This document shows positions 51,155 through 64,000 of a stretch of DNA of 64,000 nucleotides, piece after piece (position 1 is the stretch's first letter; every line of letters begins with the position of its first letter). This DNA is from Toensbergia leucococca (Eukaryota). Where the stretch lies: NCBI GenBank assembly GCA_022813965.1, contig JALDZS010000128.1, positions 1-64,000 on the forward strand. The letters are read 5' to 3'. Below the pieces are notes generated by a model. It was given only the letters and a program-made list of their open reading frames with translations. It ran no database searches and was not told the DNA's origin. The translations under genes and the position numbers were made by a program.

Positions 51155-52938
51155 ACTTGTACAAAGATAGTCGACTCTTTTCAAGAAGATGTATCGATGG
51201 CACCTTTGCTAATATCGAGGGTTTACAGATATCCAAAGTACGGTGGAAGGAAGACTCAAAGATAATCAACTGAGATTGATCCAAGTTAATGCGAGAAACT
51301 TCAAAGATTGTGGAAACGAAGCGAGCTCTGTGCCTTTCTATAGTTGTACAAAGGCACTTGAAAGGTTATCCTCCCACTGTGAGAGGTAGCAGTGATAGGC
51401 AGGTGAGTGCTTCCAGCATATGAGCTTTTCCCCTTGAAGAAGCTTGAGATTGCCAGATACTGTTTGGTTGGTAGGTGAAAAGCAATGCCTAAAAGCGTCA
51501 ATTCCTTATCCGAAGTCGAGTGGTCGTTTAAGAGCAATGAAACGTAGCACAATATACCCTGACGCATCAAGGTTTTTACATAGACCTATGGGAAGAGAGT
51601 TGCTAAGGAGTTTTTCAAATGAACAACGATAAGCCGCATTGAACATGCCAAAGGTCCCACAACATTCGGAGGCGGGCCAAAAAAGGTAGGTAGGAGAAAG
51701 ATCCATTCGAATCCCTGGTCACAAGCCGAAGTTGGACAATACAGGCTTTGGTGCTGTGAAATGGAGAACAATCATACAGTTACCTTCTGCCGAACAGTAC
51801 CTCTGTTCTGTACTTATGGAACAGGCTCAACGCCGGCTTCAAATGAACATGAGGATATTTACAATATGTGTTCCGCTAAAATGTAATCGCCTGATACGAC
51901 TGGCATTTTAGAGTGAGGAAAAAGCGGGAGGGTGGGAAGGAAGCACTCGAAGGAAGCAAAGGATGAGTATAACCATTTCGACGCAAGTAAGATAGCATCG
52001 ACTGAAGTCATCTTGCCAACGAAAACGCCACCAGATCTATATTGATTGGTTGGTGGGCTTCCTTGCATTGAGATAAGACAGCAGGAGAAAGCGGAGAAAG
52101 TATGAGATGAGCAGAGCTAATGGCTGACTGTCGTCACTGTTACGGGTCAGCCAGTGTACAACACGAGAGAAGGCTTCATATTCTCGGCGTAATATGCGGT
52201 GATGTCAACATTCTCTTCCTCATTTCACCTTCCCATAAGCAAGTTGCTCAAGGTAAGATACGAAAGTTTTGAAGCAGATGATACCTAGAGGAAAATCATC
52301 TACAGAAAGTAACTGCCATGGCTCTCAATTGATAAGCACCTTTGATTCAATACCATGCTGCAAATTCAAGTCCTGCCAAAAGATGCCACGACTCTTGAGA
52401 TTTTCTCCCACGAGCCAGCTACGCACATCTTAGCCATAGTATGTCAATTTCGAGCCGAGTGTTCAGGCTGATTTACGGAGGGTTGTTGTGGTGAAGTGAC
52501 ATCTTAAATTTCACTGTTTCTCTCTGTCATCTCATATTTTGGCTTGTTCTTCTGGAGTTTGGACCTCTCGCGTCTTTTCAGGTTTTCGTTCCGAAGGATG
52601 ATAAGCTGACGTCACGTTGATAAATGCTTTATGCCAGTCAACCTGTTTCTGTATAGGGTTTACCTTAAGCACCCACCGTGAATATCATACCTTAATGTGA
52701 CTTTGTTCTCAACGTCATTCGTTGCATTGGCCAGACTTTAACAATCAATATCATCACAAGAATTATGCAGTCTGTTGAGTAAGTGTGTGGTGATGATCCC
52801 GCACGTGAAAGCTTAATTATATTGCTGAAGACAAGGGCTTTGAAGGTCAAGTGAGGAGACTGCCTAGGCAATGAGAACCACAAGGACGAGCCTGATGATG
52901 GTTTGGTGTTGTGGACTTTATATACTCAATGATCAAAA

Positions 52939-54349
52939 TTATGAAGACGCATCTGACAGCAGGCGATTGCTTGGGCGCCTCAAGTACTCCAGTCCTTGAT
53001 TCTTTGGCACATATGACGATTTGGATATACGAGCCTTGACGCTGGGATGGAGATTGGCACCATCAGGAATATCACGTGTGTCGCCCATGTTTGATGGAAA
53101 CGTCATTGAAACCCATTTCCCTTTGACCAACTCAAGACGCTTGAAGAAGGGTAGCCATTCTGGTGAAGAGAACGATAGCAATCAGACGGTGCCAAACATG
53201 ATTTTGATATGCTGACTTACCTAGGAAATTCCAGAACATCACCATATACCATGGTGAGCCACCACCGAATTTCAATGTGTCGTGTAGTCGGGCCGTGCAA
53301 GCGTCTGTCATCTTACCATGGATATTTTTCAGAAATATTTGGACGTGCTCATTGAACGCCAGTTTCTCTGCAGGATGCTTGTGGGGGAGCTCTTGGAGCT
53401 CGGTAATCATCCATTCCAAGGCAATGTCGCTCAGCTGTACGGGATCGTTGGCTTCGCTGACGTTCTTTTTACCTTCTGCAAGCCAACCTCCACCGATGTC
53501 GCCGTGGTTTCCTGCAAAGTAGACTTCTTTTATGTCTTCAACACTATCATGGTCCGCTTCCATGTCTTGTTGAAGGAGAGCAACCTTGAATTTACACCGG
53601 CGCTCGTCAAGCGCTACTGCATGCCGGATGTGGTGTGCCGTGCTGAGCACTGTTGGCAAAAACGTTTTCGTGGTGAAGGGAACATCAAATGTCCCCACAG
53701 AATTGACCGTATCCCATAGCCCGAGGAAATGGATCTTCACATCTTGACGACCAAAGGTTGTTTTGAAACTATCCATCCAATCCTGGTGTTCTTTGGCGCT
53801 CTTGAATTTGCCCACACCGTTTTCGTAGTCCTGATAGGACTTGTACGCAAACGGGACCATTTCCTCGTTCCCCTGAGACAGCAAGCCCACTGTCTGGACC
53901 ATGCGAGCGAGAAAACGAGCGGTGAATGCACCACGAGAGAAACCGAACATGTAGATCTTGTCACCGTCTTTATAGTATCGCATGATGAAGCGATAGCCGG
54001 CGATGACATGCGAATCGAACGTCGTACCGACTCCCTCATCAATCGATTGGGAGATAGATCGCTTGAAGCGTCCCCAAGGGCCTTGGTTAAGAGATTCTTC
54101 CCCAGCGGAATAGGTTCCAATGCCGGCTATGCAGATGCTGTCAACAGGAATCCAAAGCAAATTGGCATCTTACTCACGCTGATAATAATGGTATTGGTCC
54201 TTGGCCTTACGATCAAGTTTTTGGTACAGCTTTACTATGTTGGTATCGGAAGTATCTCCTGAATACGAGTTGCCGGTGCCATCGAAGCACAGGACCAACC
54301 TTGAGGGAGGCGTCCGCTCCTCCTCATCGTCGATAAGGAGCCCTGGCAT
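52939..54349 (-). CDS. DUF2235 / Tle1-like alpha/beta hydrolase (putative phospholipase)
   Basis: [20 protein letters not shown] nucleophile, [25 protein letters not shown]. Two introns. Confidence 0.9.
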
Positions 54350-56206
54350 TGGGAGTGACGGTTCGAGGTCTGAAACGAAGAAGTTTGGCAGTGGATCGAT
54401 ATGGTTGCTTACGCTCTAATAAGTTGGAGAATTCGAGACGATTTTCAAGGTGGACCAGGGACTTCAATGCAAATTACAACAGAGCATGAGTGGGGAACCG
54501 ACAAGGCTTTGGGGCTTCGAGTTCCACAAGTCAAAAGGAAAGGGCACCAATTTTGGAAAGATTACCAGTCACATGAAGCTTCATCGAGAAGAAAAGGAGG
54601 AGGACCTATGGTCGCCTGACATGCATCCACGACGGCCCTCCACGATAGCTTCGCCAGCTGCCAATGGGCGTGTGGCTGATTTCTTGTCCGATCTTCAGTT
54701 GGCTTTGGTATGCGAGCGCCATGGATATCGGGATTACGCTGTCCTGATTGGCATGCAGATCAGTATGCATCCAAGACGATAATACGGATATCAGAACTAA
54801 CAATTTGAGGTTGCTCGAAAGGGAGAGCAGGAATTGGTGAAGCAGGTAGATCACCAGGGTTACCTAGGTAGGTAGGTATGCAGTAAGGTATGTTGGTGTC
54901 AAGTAGAATATCTGGGGCGCCTCATGGTTCATTACCTTACCTCAGCTTAGGCTTCTCCAATAGAGTTTCCCATTGGCTCGGTCCCGGCCCGCATCGATCT
55001 GACACAATTCCATCTAATGCTCCATGCCTATCTAGGTAGACTTGTTCGCTTCGTCGTCAACTAGCATACCTTAACCACTCTCATTTCCATAGCGCCACTA
55101 TTGGGCTATTGAGCCATTAGGCGAGACGCGCTCTTGCTAGCTGCATCCATCTATCCAATACCTATCCGTACCACTCCTACCTACCTACTCTCCTACCTAC
55201 TCTCCTACTTACCCCGCTCTTAGATCGGGGAATTCTGGACTGTGGACTGTCGCACTCATAGCACTGTGGGCCGTGGCTAGCTGAAGAGCTCTGAGTTTCG
55301 ACTGCATACTTTACTAACGCTAGCAGAACCCTGTAAATCTTGGGCTCGCTGAAGAACGCCACTAGAATAGTTCAAGGCTAAGAATGCTCAGAACGACGAC
55401 TCGGTTGCCCTCCAGCTCCTGAGCCATTGGAATTTCTACGCCTTGAGAAGACAGTGAGGAATGTATACGTTCCAATCAAGCCGCTCCGTTATCGCGCCCT
55501 GATCTGTTTTCGCACCATGGGCAGCCCTGAGATTGTCATATCATATGGATCATTGGTTCGGTCACCAACCCTGAAATATTGACAATTTGACTCCGCATCT
55601 TGGCGGCAATAAGGGCTTTGTACGTGCAGCACTATTGGACCGACCGGTCCTGGGACTTGTATTTCAAACTCGGTGCTTGGGACCGCCAACTAATCATTGT
55701 TGGCCCGCCTACTCACTCACAACAACAGGTAGGAAATGGACGCATGCATAGAGCTATCGTACGCCGCAGAAGAAAGGGGCCTGGATTCGTCCATTCGAGC
55801 GCCATTGCTTCTTCTCCGCTTTCCGACGGTAGCATATCAACGAGTCGAGCCGTTGATGCTGGTATAATACAATGATACTGTTTCGATACGGCTTCTATAC
55901 TGGTTTGATAGTCTGCAAGAGGCAAGGGACGCATAATACACTTGCTATCGCGTCCTCCATTAGCCCAGTCGTTAGCCTTTGAACGGGTTGATCTATAGAT
56001 TGTCTAGCTAGATAGGCTTTCGATCTTTACCACACCACGGTGATCCTATTTACTGACCCCAGTCTTGGTGGTCCAGCATCTTTCCTTGGTTCTGCTGAAA
56101 AGCTCGTTTTCAACTGTAACCGGACCTGCTCTTTGTCTTGAGCATTGGATACATCTACTTACCTAGAGACACATCTCACCGAGTTCTAACTAGGGTCTAA
56201 ATCAAG

Positions 56207-59200
56207 ATGTTCGAAACATTGACTGGACTGTTCTCTCATGAAACGAACAAGGAAAACACATCAAACTATGGAGACAGTTCATTCACCGACGCAAAAGTCA
56301 AGCAATCTGGCCTTGTGGATGATCTCAAGGCCCTCGGGCCGAATCTTGGACGAGATGTTCTGACACTGATTGAGAAGGTCTCCAGCGAAGGAGAGCCATA
56401 TGATGATCGAACATTCTTGGTGTGTCTTGACTAGCAAAGCTTGACGGAAGAGACAGCTGACATGATTTCAATTGCAGATGGAACGCATCATAGCCCTCAC
56501 GGCATCTTTGCCTCAGTCATCCACGATGCGTGCGAAACTGACCCAGACCCTGGTGGGAACTCTGTGGGACTCGTTACAGCATCCTCCTGTTTCGTACTAT
56601 GGGGATCAATACCAGTACCGAACAGCTGATGGCTCCTATAATGTAAGAGATTCTTATGAGACTAGAAAACAAATATTGACTACGGTATGATAGAATGTTC
56701 TATATCCACATCTCGGACAGGCTGGGATGCCCTATGCTAAGAGCGTACGCTCGGTAAAAGCACTTCATGGAGCAAAGCCAGACCCGGGTCTCTTGTTCGA
56801 CTGTCCGTTGATTCGACCTCCCCACGTCCTGGCACAATCGCTGACTATCTCAAGTACTGATGGCACGGCCAGAAGGAAAGTTTGCTAAAAATCCAGCGGG
56901 CATAAATAGCATGCTGTTTTACCACGCTACGATCATTATACATGGTAATGCCTTGATTTACCTCTATTTTGTGTTTGCGTCACTAACCATCTCAGACATT
57001 TTCCGTACGAATCGCCGGGATGCAAATATTAGTGATACCTCCTCGTACCTCGACCTTTCGCCATTGTATGGCAAGGACCAGGATGCTCAAAACACAGTTA
57101 GGACTTTCAAGGACGGCAAACTGAAGCCTGACACGTTTGCTGAAGAGCGTCTTCTGGGGCAACCTCCAGGAGTCTGTGTCATGCTGGTCATGTATAGTCG
57201 TTTTCACAACTATGTGGCGGGGAATCTTGCCGCTATAAACGAGGACAACCGCTTTGACGTGCCTCAACAAGGAGATCCAGATTATGACATGAAGGTGAAA
57301 AAAAGAGACAACGATCTCTTTCAGACTGCAAGACTGTATGATCCCACCCGCTTGCATGACACTGCTATTAGCACATGAGCTGATGCTCAACTTTTTTAGT
57401 GTGGTGGGTGGAATGTACATCAACATCAGCTTGCATGACTACATCCGGGGCATCACAAACGTCCACCATTCTAACTCAACATGGACTTTGGATCCACGCA
57501 TAGAGGTCGCAGCTTCCAAGGCTGGACCTGCAGTAGAGCGTGGGGTTGGGAATCAAGTTTCTGCCGAGTTCAATCTACTCTATCGATTCCACTCTGCAAT
57601 CTCCGATAGAGACGATAAATGGACCAATGACTTCTTCAAGAGTATCTTTGGAGACAAGCCGCCAGAGACAATCGGCCTCCGAGAGTTTTACCAGGGTGTT
57701 GTCAAATATGAGGCTGGTATACCCAAGGAGCCGAGTGAGAGAGTCTTTGGAGGATTAACTAGAGATTCCACCACTGGCACTTTCAATAATGGTGACTTGG
57801 TCAAGATTCTCCAGGAAAGCATGGAAGATCCAGCTGGTTTGTCCTTGTTCTTTAGTATCTTGATAGTGGGAGTGTGCTTCTAACGAGTCGAGTGTCTTAG
57901 GTGCTTTCGGTGCCAAAAACATCCCCAAACATTTACGGACTGTCGAGATTCTCGGAATAATTCAAGCTCGAAAATGGCAAGCAATTCTTGTAGCCTTGAT
58001 ATTCATTCGTTAACTTCCGCATAGGCAAAGTGCATCCCTGAACGAATTCCGTAAATTCTTCGGATTAAAAACTCATGACACCTTTGAGAGCATTAATCCT
58101 GATCCGGAGATTGCTGATCTACTCCGCAAGCTTTACGACTCTCCAGATATGGTGGAGCTCTATCCAGGACTTTTTGTAGAAGACGGAAAGCCACGGATGG
58201 ACCCCGGAAGTGGTTTTGCAGCGCCATATACTGTTGGCCGAGCAGTCCTTTCCGATGCCGTGACGCTTGTGCGAGGTGATCGTTTTTATACAGTCGTAAG
58301 TGCTATTCGGAGGAATTTAGCTTTATGAAATTGACCTGTCTCACTAGGACTATACGAGCGCGAGCATGACGAAATGGGGCATGGCAGAAGTACAACAGAA
58401 CTATGATACACTAGGAGGCTCGATGATGTACCGGCTCATCCATCGATCATTCCCTCGTTGGTTCAAATTCAACACACTTTATGTCATGCAGCCAATGTAT
58501 CTGCCGAGCATGAATAAAGAAATTGCCAAACAGTTCGGAACAATCGACCTGTACTGTGCAGACCCGCCATCGCCACCTCCAAAAATGACCGTTTTGAACA
58601 CTCATGCGGCCATATCCGCTCTTCTAGCCGACCAGGCTAACTTCAAAGTGAAATATGGCATCCAGCTACCGGATTTGGTCTTTGCCGATTATATGTTGCA
58701 AGGAGACGGCCCTGCTAATAGGGCAAACCACAAATTTGTGGCCCAGCGAATGATGAATGTACCAGGTGGTCTGGACCTTTACGCAAAGAGTTTCGAAGAA
58801 ACCATGCGTAAGATTCTCACGAGGGAGTCTTATAAGCTAGGCAACTACTTCCAGGTTGACATGACGAAAGAGTGAGACATCTATTTTCATGTTGAATGGA
58901 GTCTAAAGGCCGAACTCACACTTTCTATAGTATTGCCCGCGTCGTGACTGTCCAAACCCACGCTGAATTCCTTAACCTATCCCTCTACGTCAAGGGTGAG
59001 AACGAGGACGGCTTGACTGAAGAGGATATGTACAGTTGCATAGTCAACTATCTAAACTACGCAAATATCGATAGCGATCCTGCCGAGTCTTGGAATCTGC
59101 GTCGCACGGCCCGCGACAGCTTCAAGAAGCTCAAGGTATCTACCGAGGACATGGTGAAAAAGAATGCCCGCAGCGGTGGGCTCGTGGGCCATTTCTTTGC

Positions 59201-60149
59201 TGCCGCCCCTGCCGCTAAGGGGTCGTTGAGGGAAGTTGGGCAGAAATTGACCAAGGATCTTTTGGACAAGGGATATAACATTGAAAAGACAGCTACGACC
59301 TTGTTCACTACCGCAGCAGGCGGTATTGCAAACATTCCCAGCAGCGTGAGTCCAACGAAAGCATTATTCCCATTCCAACCTCTCAAAGCTAAAACACACA
59401 AAAGTTCGTCCAAATCCTCGACTGGTTCCTCCAAGACCAGAACGCCGAGCACTGGGCCGCCGTGCAAAAACTCGCCGCAGAAGACACTCCCGCCGCTTTT
59501 GAAACCCTCAAAAAATACGTCCTTGAAGCCTGCCGCTTCTCCTCCTTCCTAGCCCTAGTCCGAGTCTGCATCCCCGAACAAGGCGAAGCCGCCCAAGTGA
59601 AAAACGACCAGGGCCAGCCCATCACCATCAAAAAAGGCGAAGTCGTCCTTTCAAATATAGTAAAACCCCCAAACCCCACAAAACCCACTCCGTTCCCTTA
59701 AAAAGAGCCATAATTTCTAACCTCCCAAAAAAGACAGCAGCCTTTTACGATCCAAGCGTGTACCCCTCCCCGAATGAACTCAAACTCGACCGCCCAATGG
59801 ACGTCTACCAGATGTGGTCCATGGGTCCCCACGGCTGCGCTGGCCGCGCCATCGCCATCACAGCCCTGGCCACTATGACCAAGGTGTGCGCACAGCTGAA
59901 AAACTTGCGCAGGGCGCCCGGGCTGCAGGGGCAGATTAAAAGTATTCCTGGCGCGTTGCCGGGGAGTAAGCAGTATTTGAGTGATGATTGGTCGAGGTTT
60001 CAGCCGTTTGCTGGAAGTAAGTTTTGGCCCCTATGTTTTTCAGACTTTTCTTTTTGTATTCTTCTTTTTTGGAGTATAGCTGAGCTAACCCGCTATTTTT
60101 CTTTTTCGTTTTAGCGTGGAAGGTGCAGTTTGACGACTTTCACTCGTGA
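56207..60149 (+). CDS. Fatty-acid dioxygenase-cytochrome P450 fusion (Ppo / linoleate diol synthase family)
   Basis: YRTADGSYN, IIIHDIF, SSYLDLSPLYG, GNQVSAEFNLLYRFH (catalytic Tyr and proximal His), LNEFRKFFGL, RGDRF. P450 part has EACR and WSMGPHGCAG. About 12 introns, one of them GC-AG. Confidence 0.93.
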
Positions 60150-60996
60150 GAGGGCTTTCTCGCAGTAGATCGATAGGGGAGGAAGGGGTGAAGGGGGGGG
60201 GTTTTCTGACGCCGTTGTGGAAGGGGATATTGCTGGCTTTTGTCAATATGGTCCAATGGGCTCGATTACGCAGTTTGGTCTGGGGGCAGATTTTCCTTTT
60301 GGATTATGTTACTGTAGTTTAGCCCAAAATGGGCAGACGGAAGGAATACAGTCGATGTCATCCCCTCCTAGGTATTTTCACCTTCCTCGATGATGATAAA
60401 TGATGAAATTCATTACCCCTCCAATATTCCGCTCCCTCTCCCACAAAACAAAAAACCCCAACCACCCAACCCCGCAATAGAAAAAGTACGGAGCACGGTA
60501 GGCGGAATCGAAAAACGGGCCCCTCCGTACACCGAACCGTGGCCGCCCCCATTAATTTGTCCCTAACACACCCCGCCCCCCCCTCCCAAAAAATAAATCA
60601 TACCCACACTTCTCCCCCTCCCCCGACATCGACCTTATAATCCTCCAATTTCACAGGGGGGCTGTATAGAATCAAAGGAGGCGAGGGATCTTTTTCGTAG
60701 GGGTCGGGAATGTATTTGAGCGGGAGTAGGACCCACCCCGATGGGCCGGGGGGTTGGGGTAAAAAGTGCCGGGGAAGCGAAACGGGGGAGGGAGGGAAAA
60801 ATGGAGAGAAAGGGGACCATAACTCCTCCTCGTTGGAAGAGGACACGGGATCGAAGTTTTTTGATAAAAGGGCCTAATGCGCTATCTATTCCCACCGCTT
60901 CCTCCCTTCACCACCTTTTCCATCTCCCCGCCTCCAACCCCCAGCCCGGGGCCATCAAAGTCGAACAAGTCCTTCCAGTGCCTAAAACCATCACAC

Positions 60997-62272
60997 CTAG
61001 ATAAACTTCTTCGACTCCTCCGTTTCCCCTCCCGCTCCAAGGACCATCTCATCCCGCGCCCACATCAACGCCGCAACCCCGCTCGCCGAACCCCCCACAG
61101 CCGTCAACCCCGCCACCTTCAACAACGGCACCGTCCACCCCTCCCACTTGGCCCTGCCCTCATGCGCGTTGCGGTACTGCAGCGCGGCCCACAGCAGGGG
61201 GGAAACGGCGCTGATGTTCATGTTCCAGATGAGGAGGTTCTTCAGACCTTGGCCCATGTCGTTGACGTGGATGGTGCTGAGGGGGGAGACGCCGACGAAG
61301 ATGGCGGTGGGGCTGAGGTTGGCGCGGGCAATGGGGGTGAAGAGGGTGGGGAAGAAGATGGTGGAGAGGGAGAGGGTTAGGGTGATTATGTGGGTGATTG
61401 CGCCGAAGGTGGCGCTGAAGAGGTAGACGGTGCGTAGGCCGGTGAGGGCTTGGGCGCAGCGCTGGGATGGGGATTGAGTGGGGGATGGTGATGCGGGGCG
61501 GAGGGTGAGGAAGTAGCGGATTAGGAGGACTTGGAAGATTTTGAAGGGGATCGGGTAGAGTTCCCAGAAGGCCATGATGATTTGGCAGGTCGGGTAGGAG
61601 GTGTAGAATGGGGTTGGGAGGGCGACGAGGGCGGTGGGGATGAGGTAGGAGAGGGTGAAGGCTATAGGCCAGGCGGCGACTTCGATGGGGTCGACGAGGA
61701 GGTCAGTGGCGGCGCTATTGGGGGAGGTTCGGGAGGGGGAGAGGTTTGTTGGCGAGGTGAGGAGGTGGAGGAAGAAATAGAGAGGAAGGATTGTGCAGAA
61801 GGTGATTGTTTGGGATAAAAGTCCGACGATTGTTGTGCTTGAAAATTGTCATGTTAGAGTAGACGCCCTCACGTGATAACATAGGGAAGGGAAATTTGGG
61901 TTACAAAGTCAAGAGTTTTCCTTTATTGCCCAGACGCAGTCCTTCCAGCCCGGCTACCATCCACGCCCCAGCAAACTGGCCGGAGAATTCAAAAGCGACC
62001 AAAGAGGTCCCAGGCCACGTGCCGTCGATAGCGGGCCAGAGGAAAATTGTCAAGCGTTGAAGCAGCGGGTCGACGAGCGGGAGACCCGTAAAAGTCATTC
62101 TGACAGGTTGTTCGGCGGCGGGGAGGAGCTGGACCTTGCTGTGGAGCCTGTCAGCGAGTAGGCCGAGGAAGCCATCGCGTGCGCCGAGGCCCCAGGTGCT
62201 TAGGAAGCCGGCGAGAGAGATGAGGGGCAGAGCTATCTTGACCGCTGTGTTGAGGGTTTGTAAGGACGGCAT
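60997..62272 (-). CDS. Multi-pass membrane protein, tentatively CtvD/AurD-like family
   Basis: Two exons (intron 61838-61904). Many hydrophobic helices with W..LEGLR.GN, Q..PLYFFLHL and C-terminal W.RDE. The family call is from motif memory only. Confidence 0.65.
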
Positions 62273-64000
62273 GGCTAGAGGGGAAATGAAAATACTGCTG
62301 TCTGCTTTTCTTTCTTTTTCTTTGATGGAGGCGGATGTACTCGACTTCAGGCCTTTTAATACCGTGGCTAAAAGGTGGGAGGACTAGAATAGAGAAGGCT
62401 TGAATCGGACAGGCGGTTAGGTCGGAAGATGGCCCTGGTTTCTAGATTTCAAGATCACTTCCTAGTCGACAAAAGAAAGCCTTCATGCATGACTGCCCTG
62501 CTAGCGGATTGATGAGTGCAGAGCAAAGCGATCATGTCCGGCGGTAATAACGCGGTATTGTTTTGAAATGTTTCCGTAATGTGGCTGTATCAAACCCGCA
62601 TATCGCAATCCGGTTTATTTCTCCTCTTTCTCTTTTAGCTCTTGGCCTCCTCAGCTTGCATGCAAGATATCAAGTACACTAAACAAGAGTAGTCTCCATA
62701 GTACCATCCTCCAATTCAATGAGCTGATTGTACGAGATTGAAAATGCTTTAAACCTTCCTAGGGTTTTTTGAGGCGAGAATCGGCGCCATTGACATCTGA
62801 GATGATTGGATCACTTCCATTAGGTGTCTGTGACGTGAAAATTCATCAGTAAAGAGAAATTGCGTTCTAGGAGCAGCTAGTAGCATAGTGTTTATTGTTC
62901 CTCGGTGTCGTCAGATCAATCCGTTCAGAGAGGCCAATGAGATGGACTCTCTAGAAGTAGAGTCTAAGCGATTGGTAGAAAGCTTACTTGGTGATTGAGT
63001 TCAATATATGGTGAGCAACAGAGATTGGATGGTTTGCTAAGGAAGTCAGACGGGAAAATAAGAAACACCAGAAGTGAGGACCGAGGCTGATGTCAGATTG
63101 TGCGGATCAATGATTATCCCTTCCGTTGAAGCATAGTGTGACTGCACTGATCTCCGACTTTCTCTGTTTTCATTACTAGGTCTGGAAGTGGTGTTGGAAT
63201 GGGATTCAAGGGAATGACTGATATCTTGTACATTCGACTGAGCTGCAACGTATCATGCACGATGGCTACTCACGATCTGGGACATGACAATGCGCTAGTC
63301 TTGATCTGTCCTGCTGGGTACTCAGGCAGGTCATGCATGCCTCCTGAGGCCTATAGTTCTGTTCTTGTCCTTCTTTCATTGGCATCGAGTATTGGAGAAT
63401 GAAGACAGTAGTTTAGGAAAGAGTAAAAGGAAAGATGGGAGCATAAGGAAGTGAGAGAAACCTCTAATCTTAGCAAAATGAAGTGAACAGTATTTCTGCA
63501 GGCGAATGTGAGATGAGATGTCTTTCAATTTTATCTTTGAGGGAAAGGTCATGAGCCCTCATCGTAATTGTCATGCCATCCCAAAAAGTCCCCTGATGTG
63601 CTTTGCCCTAATTCGCTAATCCTTCATCTCGGCCATCGGCCATTGACTATGCCGGCTATGACGTCAGAGTCTCGGCAACGTCTGATGTTTCCTCAGAATT
63701 TCTGCTCTCCTACTGTCCAGCTGTCCTACTCCCTACCTCTATCTTTGTCACTACGACACCATGTCTACTAATACGTACAGCAGTAGGACTTATCGCCCTT
63801 ATAAAAAGATGCGCAAAGGGACCCACAGCTGCCTGGAGTGCAGACGACGCAGAGCTCGCTGTACTATCGAAGCCGGTGCTCAGGCTTGTAACCTATGCAC
63901 ATCTCGATCGATCAAATGCCTTCCGCAGTCTTATACCGATTCCCCCGATCCTACCCACAACTTTACAAGCAAAACTGAAGGGGGCAAAGATATCCTGAGA

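Noticed and set aside
52607..52614. CRE palindrome TGACGTCA (also 63659-63666) and TACCTAGGTA palindromes (~48327, ~54861)
   Set aside because: Short motifs expected by chance in 64 kb; no evidence of function from sequence alone.
62300..64000. Terminal 1.7 kb searched for genes or transposon remnants
   Set aside because: Only short ORFs without motifs; no terminal repeats or transposase/RT signatures. Probably promoter or intergenic DNA.

Overview
Gene-dense, intron-rich eukaryotic DNA from a filamentous ascomycete (Pezizomycotina; a lichen-forming lineage is possible but is only a guess). About 24 protein-coding genes can be supported once introns are stitched by eye. Housekeeping genes: LSM7, RSE1/SF3B3, MSS51, HEM3, a UBX2-like gene, PAN3, LHS1 and a VHS/GAT adaptor. 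Metabolic genes: GT71 mannosyltransferase, nitrilase, sulfite oxidase, epoxide hydrolase, FAD amine oxidase, and a copper amine oxidase paired with a permease. At the right end sits a DUF2235 lipase / fatty-acid dioxygenase-P450 / membrane-protein group. Features invisible to the ORF track: an intron-containing tRNA-Thr(UGU); a C/D snoRNA (snR41-like) in an RSE1 intron; an H/ACA snoRNA (snR36-like) just downstream of RSE1; a 3-exon 83-aa secreted Kex2-type peptide precursor; an in-frame alternative N-terminus nested in a 727-nt PAN3 intron; a GC-AG intron; and repeated sharp C-rich to G-rich compositional flips. No CRISPR array, rRNA gene or recognisable transposon was seen. Gene spans are given from start to stop codon, including introns.
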